A stretch of DNA of 25,195 nucleotides, taken from positions 1 through 25,195 of the forward strand of contig CAYNEQ010000001.1 of assembly GCA_964396295.1 (NCBI GenBank). The letters run 5' to 3'. The position numbers were made by a program, and so were the translations under genes. The DNA comes from an uncultured Gammaproteobacteria bacterium. Its GTDB lineage: Bacteria; Patescibacteriota; Patescibacteriia; Magasanikbacterales; GWA2-37-8. Below the pieces are notes generated by a model that made no database searches, had not been told where the DNA came from, and worked only from the letters and a program-made list of their open reading frames with translations. How positions within the stretch are numbered: position 1 is the stretch's first letter; every line of letters starts with the position of its first letter. Shown in pieces: positions 15,353-22,959 of this stretch.

Positions 15353-16366
15353 TTATTCAACTAAATCATTATATCCTTCTTGATCTGGCCATAAGTACTG
15401 ATTAAACACCCAAGTTGCCACATCGCGTGCCTCGCTAAAGCGCTCCTCATTGGTTGCGGCGCCCAAAATTGCCACCGTAATGGTATGGTTATTATTATCG
15501 GTTAAATTGACAACAAAATTGTACCCGGAATCTTCAATATACCCAGTCTTACCGGCAATATTTTCTACTTTGAATGTATTGGGCACCCAGTTGGTCAAAA
15601 GCCAATTCGTGGTCCAGATTTGTCTGGCTTTGCCGGTTTGGATAGGCCGAATATAATAATCACCCATCTGGACAACGCTATAAATTTTTTCAAATTTAAG
15701 CGCATCAATCAACATCTTGGCTGTATCAAGCACTGTTGCTTCGTTTTTGCTTGATAGTCCGGTCGGTTCATCAAATACCATAGAATCAAAATGCAGATCT
15801 TTGGCTTTTTGGTTCATCAGGGCCACGAATTCCTCAACCGTTTTTCCGGTGCTGCGCACCAAGGCATTAATGGCGGTGTTTGATGAACCAATTAAGCCGG
15901 CATGCCACAAGTCATCTAAGCTAAAAGTTTCCCCTGCCGTCACCAAATGATCGCCGGCCACATCGCTATCTTTAATCGTAGCCACACTATTCCAATTTGG
16001 GGACAGGTCCAACAACACCATCGCTGACATGAGCTTGCTAATACTGGCGAGTGGTCGAAGAGTTGCCTCATTTTTTTTAAATAAGATAGTTTTTGTTTTT
16101 GTATCCAACGCAATCGCCGAAATGGCTGTTAAGGGATTGGGATAAGTGCCATTATTCTTGGCTACCGGTTTAACAGGTCTGCTCTTCGGCAAGTTATCCG
16201 GAGTTACATCTCCCCCAACCTGCACTAGTCGTTTGCCACTGGTGGGAAAATGTAAAAAGTCTAATTTTTTATCTGAAGAAACAAAAACCGAAGAAAAAAA
16301 TAACAACAAGACTCCGGCAAGCATCATGCCAAAGGAAGAAAGAAAATCTTTTAATTTAGGGGACAT
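15353..16366 (-). CDS. Serine-type D-Ala-D-Ala carboxypeptidase/endopeptidase (peptidase S11)
   Basis: N-terminal TM; PBP motifs SxxK (ASISKL), SxN (GSSN) and KTG (AGKTGY). No PBP5 C-terminal domain. Confidence 0.92.
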   Translation of the reverse strand: MSPKLKDFLSSFGMMLAGVLLLFFSSVFVSSDKKLDFLHFPTSGKRLVQVGGDVTPDNLPKSRPVKPVAKNNGTYPNPLTAISAIALDTKTKTILFKKNEATLRPLASISKLMSAMVLLDLSPNWNSVATIKDSDVAGDHLVTAGETFSLDDLWHAGLIGSSNTAINALVRSTGKTVEEFVALMNQKAKDLHFDSMVFDEPTGLSSKNEATVLDTAKMLIDALKFEKIYSVVQMGDYYIRPIQTGKARQIWTTNWLLTNWVPNTFKVENIAGKTGYIEDSGYNFVVNLTDNNNHTITVAILGAATNEERFSEARDVATWVFNQYLWPDQEGYNDLVE

Positions 16367-16384
16367 AATAAAATTGTGTTTTGT

Positions 16385-16466
16385 TTGTCATCCTGAGGGT
16401 ACGCCCGAAGGATCTCTGTCCGTTTAATAGTTGAGACAGGGATTCTTCGCTTCGCTCAGAATGACA
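16385..16466 (-). repeat. ~82-bp REP/BIME-like palindromic element, copy 1
   Basis: TTGTCATCCTGAGGGTACGCCCGAAGGATCTCTGT...GACAGGGATTCTTCGCTTCGCTCAGAATGACA: two inverted arms. Its reverse complement aligns with 17722-17804. Confidence 0.88.
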
Positions 16467-16474
16467 ATTGGGAA

Positions 16475-17014
16475 CTACTCAACGGTGGTGTTAAGATTAG
16501 CAATATATGGATGATTATGCAACTGTGCATAATCCGGCAATTCTTCGAGCGAATTTACCCCCAAATGCCGTAAGTATTCCATGGTCACTTCATAGGTTGG
16601 CAAGAGGCTGACGCTGTCTTCATTTTCTTTGACCAGTCCACGCAACATGAGATTGCGCAAGATGAGACCGCAATTGACCCCTCTGATCTGCTCGAGCTCC
16701 GGCTTGGTAATCGGTCCGCAATACGAAACTACAGTTAACGTTTCCAGCTGCGGCTTGGTGAGCTCGCCGGACACTTCGGCTTTCATAAAATTTTCCGCCT
16801 CTTCTTTATTATCCGGACTGGAAACCATCTGCCACTCATCATTATTTTTTAAAATAACAATCCCAGAATCTTCTTGGTTATATTTTTGCTGCAACCCAGT
16901 GAGATCCTCTAGCAATTCTTCTTGATTCACTTTTAACACAGAAGCCAACTTCTTAATCGCGACCGGCTTAGAAGCAACAAACAATACTGACTCTAATTTT
17001 GATGAGAGTGACAT
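16475..17014 (-). CDS. scpB: Segregation and condensation protein B
   Basis: LESVLFVASKPV, LTKPQLETLTVVSYCGPITKPELEQIRGVNC, L.RGLV, LGVNSLEELP. Confidence 0.95.
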   Translation of the reverse strand: MSLSSKLESVLFVASKPVAIKKLASVLKVNQEELLEDLTGLQQKYNQEDSGIVILKNNDEWQMVSSPDNKEEAENFMKAEVSGELTKPQLETLTVVSYCGPITKPELEQIRGVNCGLILRNLMLRGLVKENEDSVSLLPTYEVTMEYLRHLGVNSLEELPDYAQLHNHPYIANLNTTVE

Positions 17015-17018
17015 ATAA

Positions 17019-17714
17019 CTAATTTCTCATGACTAATAAATCCTCAAATGAATTGACTTGTTTGATACGCACGGATTGTTGTTTCACCAGTTCTAGAATT
17101 GCCAAAAAATTAACAATAACTTCTGTCTTGTTCTGCGCGGATAATAATAACTGCGAAAAATTTAATTGTTTATGATCTTTTAATAAATTCCTAATGGAAT
17201 CTATTTTTTGTTTGACTGATACTGAATGATCTATAGTAACCTTTGGCAGCGGATCGACAGGTTTTAATCTGCGAAGTAGCGCTGTCATGGCCTTATGCAA
17301 ATTATCTTGGCTAACATTGCTCGGCAAGACAAACTCTGTATTTTTTATGGGCGGTTCGATACGACCATATGCAACGTTACCTTCTTCCCATAAACCACTA
17401 ATGATTTTACTCGCATCGACATACTGTTTGTACAATTTAAGTTGATCGGCTAGTGCCGGGCCCGTGTCTTCAGGTTCAGGCATGGCATATTGGAGCAAGC
17501 TGTGAGATTTAAGATGAATGAGCTTGGTGGCTACAACCAAAAAATCAGCAAGTTTTTCCGGACGGTTTGACTCTAGCTTATCAAGATACAAAAAAAACTG
17601 TTCTGTGACTTTGGCGATGGCCACTTCGGTAATATTCAATTCTTCCTTTTCAATCAACTGCAACAACAAATCAAGCGGCCCTTCAAATTTATCTAACTTT
17701 AATTCGGCTGACAT
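17019..17714 (-). CDS. scpA: Segregation and condensation protein A (kleisin)
   Basis: FEGPLDLLLQLIEKEELNITEVAI, ADFLVVATKLIHLKS, VIVNFLAILELVK. Confidence 0.95.
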   Translation of the reverse strand: MSAELKLDKFEGPLDLLLQLIEKEELNITEVAIAKVTEQFFLYLDKLESNRPEKLADFLVVATKLIHLKSHSLLQYAMPEPEDTGPALADQLKLYKQYVDASKIISGLWEEGNVAYGRIEPPIKNTEFVLPSNVSQDNLHKAMTALLRRLKPVDPLPKVTIDHSVSVKQKIDSIRNLLKDHKQLNFSQLLLSAQNKTEVIVNFLAILELVKQQSVRIKQVNSFEDLLVMRN

Positions 17715-17721
17715 AACATCC

Positions 17722-17804
17722 TGTCATTCTGAACAAAGTGAAGAATCTCTGTCTTAATTATTGAACGAACAGAGATCCTTCGGGCGCAACCCTCAGGATG
17801 ACAA
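17722..17804 (+). repeat. ~83-bp REP/BIME-like element, copy 2 (inverted relative to copy 1)
   Basis: TGTCATTCTGAACAAAGTGAAGAATCTCTGT...ACAGAGATCCTTCGGGCGCAACCCTCAGGATGACAA. Nine substitutions and one indel versus the reverse complement of 16385-16466. Confidence 0.88.
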
Positions 17805-17810
17805 TTTAGA

Positions 17811-19202
17811 TTATTTATTTATCTGTATATGCGAATCTCGCAACGCTTGTATGGGCAATTCACTCGGCGCGTCCATAACCGCCGTATGCGCCGAGCCAGT
17901 CATAGGAAATGCTTGCACTTCACGTAAATACGTTTCATTAGTCAAAATCATTATCATTCGTTCTACACCCATACCAATACCTCCATGCGGCGGCGTACCG
18001 TACTTAAAGGCTTCAAGCATATGGCCAACTGACTCTTCAATCTCTTGATCACTATAGCCCATGATTTTATAGGTAGCCCGCAGTACTTCTGGGTCATGAG
18101 CACGAATACTACCGCCACCAGTTTCGTAGCCATTACAGACGAGATCGTATTGAGTAGTCAAAATATTTTCAATGTTTTTTCCTGCTAAATGGTCGGCTAA
18201 AAATTCTGGCTTAGGAGAGGAAAATGGATTGTGGGTAAACGTCCAACCGCCTTCTTCGGTTTTTTCAAAAAACGGAAAATCCACTACCCAGGCATAAGCC
18301 AATACTCCGTTAGCCTTGTCCTCTTCGGTGCGCATATCAAACTTATCAGCGCCATATTTAGCCATTGATTCTTGATACGTCAGCCGAGGAAACGGTTTTT
18401 GCTTAATCGTATACCCCAGAGATTCCACGGTCTGGGTAATCATACCTTCCACCATTTGCATCACATCTTCACGTTCTACAAAACTCATCTCAATATCGAT
18501 TTGGGTATGCTCAAACCCACGATCAGCCCGAGGATCTTCATCACGGAAGCAACGAGCGGTCTGGAAATAGCGCTCAAACCCACTGGCCATCAAGAGCTGT
18601 TTATATTGCTGCGGACTCTGTGGCAAAGCGAAAAATTTACCGGCCTGCAAACGAGACGGCACAATAAAGTCACGCGATCCCTCTGGAGTAGCTTTGGTCA
18701 AATAAGGGGTCTCAATTTCTGCAAAATGATTGGATAATAAATATTGGCGGCAGGCCTGGACATAGGCATTACGCAAGCGAATATTTTTCTGCAACCGCTC
18801 GGAGCGTAAATCGAGATAACGATACTTGAGTCTTAACTCCTCATTGATTCCGCTGGTATCTTTATCAATTTCAAATGGCGGTGTCTCGGCTTTATTAAGC
18901 ACCACTAATTTCTTCATCAAGACTTCCACATTGCCGGTCGGCATATCTGGATTTTTTTGTTTGGCTCCGCGCTCGTTTACCATACCGTGGATTTCTAATA
19001 CCCATTCCGGACGAACATCTTTGAGCAGATCTTGTGACCGCTCATCCAGTTCGCTCGGCACACCGACCACCTGCACAACCCCCTCCCGGTCACGCAAATC
19101 CAAAAAGACAATTTTGCCCATATTGCGCCGGGCATTGACCCAGCCTTTGAGTAATACCTCCTGCCCCACTTTATCTGTTGTTTCGGTTGTGAGAATTCTC
19201 AT
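17811..19202 (-). CDS. aspS: Aspartate--tRNA ligase, bacterial type lacking the GAD insertion domain
   Basis: GWVNARRNMGKIVFLDLRD, RLKYRYLDLR, ALPQSPQQYKQLLM, CFRDEDPRADR, HNPF, GTPPHGGIGMGVER. Only 463 aa. Confidence 0.96.
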   Translation of the reverse strand: MRILTTETTDKVGQEVLLKGWVNARRNMGKIVFLDLRDREGVVQVVGVPSELDERSQDLLKDVRPEWVLEIHGMVNERGAKQKNPDMPTGNVEVLMKKLVVLNKAETPPFEIDKDTSGINEELRLKYRYLDLRSERLQKNIRLRNAYVQACRQYLLSNHFAEIETPYLTKATPEGSRDFIVPSRLQAGKFFALPQSPQQYKQLLMASGFERYFQTARCFRDEDPRADRGFEHTQIDIEMSFVEREDVMQMVEGMITQTVESLGYTIKQKPFPRLTYQESMAKYGADKFDMRTEEDKANGVLAYAWVVDFPFFEKTEEGGWTFTHNPFSSPKPEFLADHLAGKNIENILTTQYDLVCNGYETGGGSIRAHDPEVLRATYKIMGYSDQEIEESVGHMLEAFKYGTPPHGGIGMGVERMIMILTNETYLREVQAFPMTGSAHTAVMDAPSELPIQALRDSHIQINK

Positions 19203-19241
19203 AAATTTATCTATAATTAGCCATTATTTCGCTTTAATATA

Positions 19242-19270
19242 TTGACAAAATTGATTAATTATGGTATGAT
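19242..19270 (+). promoter_or_regulatory. sigma70 promoter with extended -10
   Basis: TTGACA (19242-19247), 17 nt, TGg-TATGAT (19265-19270). Confidence 0.78.
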
Positions 19271-19342
19271 TAGTTTCTATCGATGGAATTATCCCCTCTT
19301 AAAACCAGGGGCTAAAACCTCGATAGCACAAGGAGTACGAAC

Positions 19343-19516
19343 ATGGCTGCACCGCTGATCATCGTCCCGCCCGCTAACCCGGCCTTGCCCCTGCTTCTTC
19401 ACCACAGCAGGGCCGACTCGGAAGTTCCGATCTGGTTGGCCATCCCGATCGTGATTCTCTGTATCGTCATGATCGGTACGCTCATCTGGGGCGTGTGGTC
19501 GCTACGCAAGCTCTGA
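19343..19516 (+). CDS. Small high-GC single-TM protein, 57 aa (below the ORF-track size range)
   Basis: MAAPLIIVPPANPALPLLLHHSRADSEVPIWLAIPIVILCIVMIGTLIWGVWSLRKL*. AAGGAG SD at 19330-19335. About 60% GC; 46 of 57 codons end in G/C. Confidence 0.75.
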   Translation: MAAPLIIVPPANPALPLLLHHSRADSEVPIWLAIPIVILCIVMIGTLIWGVWSLRKL

Positions 19517-19560
19517 CACACAAGAGGCCATCGATAGCTTAATCTCCTTTCCTGTTTCCT

Positions 19561-19600
19561 GGCCGGCCGTGCTCTGCACGCGCCGGCCTTCGCTTTTTTT
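19561..19600 (+). terminator. Intrinsic terminator-like hairpin
   Basis: GGCCGGC-CGTGC-tct-GCACG-c-GCCGGCC, then ttcgcTTTTTTT, ending at the gap stop codon. Confidence 0.65.
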
Positions 19601-19601
19601 A

Positions 19602-20594
19602 TTAAATATACAACTCCGCAATTTCAATCAACCGATTCGCATAGCCAACCTCATTATCATACCAGGCTACCACTTTTACCAAATTTCCACCAATCACATT
19701 GGTCAAACTCAAATCTACAATGGCTGAATGGGTGTTACCCACAAAATCTGAAGAAACTAATTGTTCATTTGTGGTAGTAAGCACTCCCGCAAACCGCTCG
19801 GTCTTGGACGCATCAACCAGCGCTTTATTTATTTCTTCCTTAGTCACATTTTTTTTGAGCAGCACTGTCATATCTGAGACTGACACGGTTGGCACCGGCA
19901 CACGCAAGGCTAAGCCATCAAACAACTGCACTAAACCAGGAATAACTTCGGTCACGGCAATGGCCGCGCCAGTGGTTGTTGGCACAATATTTTCTGCAGC
20001 GGCTCTGGCTCGACGCAAATCTCGGTGCGGACCGTCTTGTAAATTCTGATCTGCGGTATAGCCATGCGCCGTAGTCATCATGGCTTTTTCAATGCCAAAT
20101 TTTTCATTGAGCACGGCCATCACTGGACCTATGCTATTTGTAGTGCAAGAAGCATTATTGATGACGGGCGAAGTTTCTTTTTTACACTTGGCACAATTAA
20201 CGGCGCGAACATAGGTCGGCACACCGCCGCCTTTGGCTGGCGCGCTAATCACAACTTTCTTGGCACCGGCTTTGAGATGCAAACTTGCGCCATCTTTATC
20301 GGTAAATCTACCGGTACATTCGAGCACTATATCTACTTTTAATTTATTCCACGGCAACATGCTTGGATCCTTCTCGGCAAAGACAGGAATTTTTTTGCCT
20401 TTAACAATCAAATTCTTTTCATCATATTCCACCGGCAATTCATATTTGCCATAGGCCGTGTCGTATTTTAACAGATGCGCCAAGGTTTTGGTATCAGTCA
20501 AATCATTAATAGCGACAATTTTTATTTTTTTTGCAAATGCGACTTTGAAGGCTTGTCTGCCTATTCTTCCAAAACCGTTGATAGCAATGTTCAT
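19602..20594 (-). CDS. gap: Glyceraldehyde-3-phosphate dehydrogenase, type I
   Basis: INGFGRIGR, AINDL, NASCTTN, DLRRARAAAENIVPTTTGAA, RVPVPTVS, WYDNEVGY. Confidence 0.98.
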   Translation of the reverse strand: MNIAINGFGRIGRQAFKVAFAKKIKIVAINDLTDTKTLAHLLKYDTAYGKYELPVEYDEKNLIVKGKKIPVFAEKDPSMLPWNKLKVDIVLECTGRFTDKDGASLHLKAGAKKVVISAPAKGGGVPTYVRAVNCAKCKKETSPVINNASCTTNSIGPVMAVLNEKFGIEKAMMTTAHGYTADQNLQDGPHRDLRRARAAAENIVPTTTGAAIAVTEVIPGLVQLFDGLALRVPVPTVSVSDMTVLLKKNVTKEEINKALVDASKTERFAGVLTTTNEQLVSSDFVGNTHSAIVDLSLTNVIGGNLVKVVAWYDNEVGYANRLIEIAELYI

Positions 20595-20624
20595 ATTATT
20601 ATATGAATAAGTTAAAAATAGAAA

Positions 20625-20939
20625 TTAATAACCCATTAAAACAGATACTAAAGTAAGAAGGAAGATAATTGCTAACCAGCTAACCGTATAAAATAACAGG
20701 GTAATCGCATCCTTTTTCTGGTTATCCAAATATAACAAAACCGGTTTACCGAACACCAATATTGCCATAATGCTTGCGGACAGAACTAGCAATGACAATA
20801 TAATAACCGGGGCGAAAAACTCCGGCACCCGCACGAAAGCTGTAGCTAATCCAAAATGAAAAAAGGCGGCTATGCCAACGATGTACAAGAACACAAGAAA
20901 TGCATGGACAAATGATCGTCCTAATAATTTTTTATTCAT
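20625..20939 (-). CDS. Hypothetical 3-TM membrane protein
   Basis: 104 aa with three hydrophobic stretches; co-oriented and closely spaced with its neighbours. Confidence 0.8.
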   Translation of the reverse strand: MNKKLLGRSFVHAFLVFLYIVGIAAFFHFGLATAFVRVPEFFAPVIILSLLVLSASIMAILVFGKPVLLYLDNQKKDAITLLFYTVSWLAIIFLLTLVSVLMGY

Positions 20940-20942
20940 ATA

Positions 20943-21662
20943 TTAGAATAATTTAAATGTTTTCATCATCTCTGCCATTTGATCCCCTGCGCCAGAATAA
21001 TAAAAGGCAAAATCAGAATTTTTTGTTACAAACTCCATCGGATCAGCCGCAACCAACGGATCTTCTCTGAATTTCACATCGACCAAAGTTATATTCACAT
21101 ACCTCTTCGGGTCTTTTTCAGATGTCAATTTTACAGTTTTAAAAATTTTTCTTTCTTTTGGGCCAGAGGTTATTTTTTCAGAGATATTACCCCAACTCTT
21201 TGGAAAGGATAAAGAGAAATTATAATTATTATTTCTATACTCAAAACCATTTAAATTATTTTCAACTGACGAAATCTGGCTGGTGACCCACTCACCTTTT
21301 TTGGTATCAAACTCATAGGTGCCGCTGACCACCCCCTCATTATCATACAATACGATCGTCATCGTCGAAGTTGTCTCTTTAATTTCGTAAGAAAAAGCAT
21401 CTTGTCCTACTCCCGCGACCGATACCCCGCTTTTTGCTTTTACAATTATTATATCAATAGGATGATGATTTTCATCGTAAAGCACCTCAACTGCATAGGG
21501 ACTAGTCGGCGAGACATATTCGGTAACATAGTCTTTGCCGGGTTTCAAATCACTATTATCAAAATACAAAGCAGAGATTAACGCCAGAGCACCCCAGAGC
21601 AAACAAACAACAATTACTACCGATACAATTACATATATAACTATCCCTGCTTTTTTTAACAT
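20943..21662 (-). CDS. Hypothetical membrane-anchored exported protein (C-terminal part PsbP-like, tentative)
   Basis: N-terminal TM; YRNNNYNFSLSFPKSW and a C-terminal MMKTFKLF pattern. Confidence 0.7.
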   Translation of the reverse strand: MLKKAGIVIYVIVSVVIVVCLLWGALALISALYFDNSDLKPGKDYVTEYVSPTSPYAVEVLYDENHHPIDIIIVKAKSGVSVAGVGQDAFSYEIKETTSTMTIVLYDNEGVVSGTYEFDTKKGEWVTSQISSVENNLNGFEYRNNNYNFSLSFPKSWGNISEKITSGPKERKIFKTVKLTSEKDPKRYVNITLVDVKFREDPLVAADPMEFVTKNSDFAFYYSGAGDQMAEMMKTFKLF

Positions 21663-21696
21663 ACATTTCTCATTTATAACCTAAAGTATAACTAGT

Positions 21697-22881
21697 TTAT
21701 ACCACTTTTGCAAACACGCATTTCAAGTATTCTCCTTCAGTAAACGCAGCTAATTCCGGATGATCTATACCATGGGTATAGGTTTCTAAAACCTGCAATG
21801 TTCGTCGCGCTCGACCCGCTGATTCTGACAACATATACCGAAAATCCGATAAGCCGACATGCGCGGAGCAGGAAGCAGAAACAAGCACGCCTTCAGACGG
21901 CAATATTCGCAACGCCGCTTCATTGATCTTTCTGTACCCCATTAGTCCTTCCTTAACCTTATGTCTATCCTTAACAAACGCTGGTGGATCTAAAATAATA
22001 ATATCAAAATTTTTATTCTTAGTTTGTTCGTCATACAAATATTCCTTCACATCACCACAGACAAATTCGCATTTTTTAACATCCAGTTTATTGAGTTTAA
22101 TGTTTTCTACCGCTAATTCTAGCGCGCTTTCCGACGCATCGACACTCACCACATGTTTAGCCCCGGCGCCAAGCGCATAGACACTAAATCCTCCGGAGTA
22201 AGAAAAACAATTTAAGACATTTTTATCGGCTGCATATTTGGTTAAGGCTAATCGCTTATCTCGCTGATCCAGAAAGAAGCCGGTTTTTTGACCGCCCATG
22301 ATATCAACCCAGAATTTAAAGCCATTTTCAGAGATTTTTATTTTCTCCGGGACTTTACCATACAAGAGACCGACCTGTTTCTCAGCACCTTCTATACCCC
22401 GCGTACGCACATCTGACCGTTCATATATACCAGCAGGCTTCACGATTTCTTTTAATGCTTCCACAATTTGTTTTTTCCAAACTTCCATACCGCTGGTATG
22501 AAACTGTAACACCAAATAGTCCGCATATTTATCTACAATCAGTCCCGGCAATAAATCATTTTCACTATGCACCAAACGATACGAATCCGTCTTCTTGTTT
22601 TCAACTAAATCTCTTCTGGTTGCAGAGGCAGCCGCAATTCTTTTTTTAAAAAAATTTTTATCAATTACATCCTGTTCATCCCAACTCCACAAACGTACTG
22701 CAATTTGTGAATAAGAATTAAAATAACCCTGGGCTAAAAAATTTCCCTCTTCATTTGTGAGCACAACCGGATCGCCACTATTAAGCCCTTCAGGGATATG
22801 TTGCAACGCACCGGAAAAAACCCACGGATGTCTGCCTAAAATCGGCCCTACTCGTTGTCGATGTACAATTAATTTGTTCAT
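21697..22881 (-). CDS. rlmI: PUA-domain class I SAM-dependent rRNA m5C methyltransferase (RlmI family)
   Basis: HPWVFSG, DLLPGLIVDKY, GQKTGFFLDQR, VLNCFSYSGGF, LDPPAF, SASCS, GEYLK. Confidence 0.85.
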   Translation of the reverse strand: MNKLIVHRQRVGPILGRHPWVFSGALQHIPEGLNSGDPVVLTNEEGNFLAQGYFNSYSQIAVRLWSWDEQDVIDKNFFKKRIAAASATRRDLVENKKTDSYRLVHSENDLLPGLIVDKYADYLVLQFHTSGMEVWKKQIVEALKEIVKPAGIYERSDVRTRGIEGAEKQVGLLYGKVPEKIKISENGFKFWVDIMGGQKTGFFLDQRDKRLALTKYAADKNVLNCFSYSGGFSVYALGAGAKHVVSVDASESALELAVENIKLNKLDVKKCEFVCGDVKEYLYDEQTKNKNFDIIILDPPAFVKDRHKVKEGLMGYRKINEAALRILPSEGVLVSASCSAHVGLSDFRYMLSESAGRARRTLQVLETYTHGIDHPELAAFTEGEYLKCVFAKVV

Positions 22882-22911
22882 GATAATAATCTAATTAATA
22901 TGGTCAAGTAT

Positions 22912-22948
22912 AACAAAATATGCCCCACCTTTACAAGGCGGGGCATAT
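22912..22948 (-). terminator. Intrinsic terminator of rpsB-tsf
   Basis: 14-bp stem at 22918-22948. The plus-strand A/C mismatch is a G-U pair only on the minus strand, where TTTGTT follows. Confidence 0.8.
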
Positions 22949-22959
22949 ATTTTAGTCTC

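Noticed and set aside
16385-17804. Repeats as a CRISPR array or integron attC sites
   Set aside because: Only dispersed copies separated by core genes, with no regular spacers, cas genes or intI, and no RYYYAAC/GTTRRRY core pair identified.
17761-18048. 95-aa plus-strand ORF starting inside repeat copy 2 (also 16146-16427 and 17518-17757)
   Set aside because: They run antisense to aspS, the peptidase and scpA, and borrow starts or stops from the repeat.
19277-19537. 10-bp IR as MITE/IS terminal repeats
   Set aside because: No target-site duplication, the IR does not extend, and the promoter and terminator lie outside it. RNA pairing explains it better.
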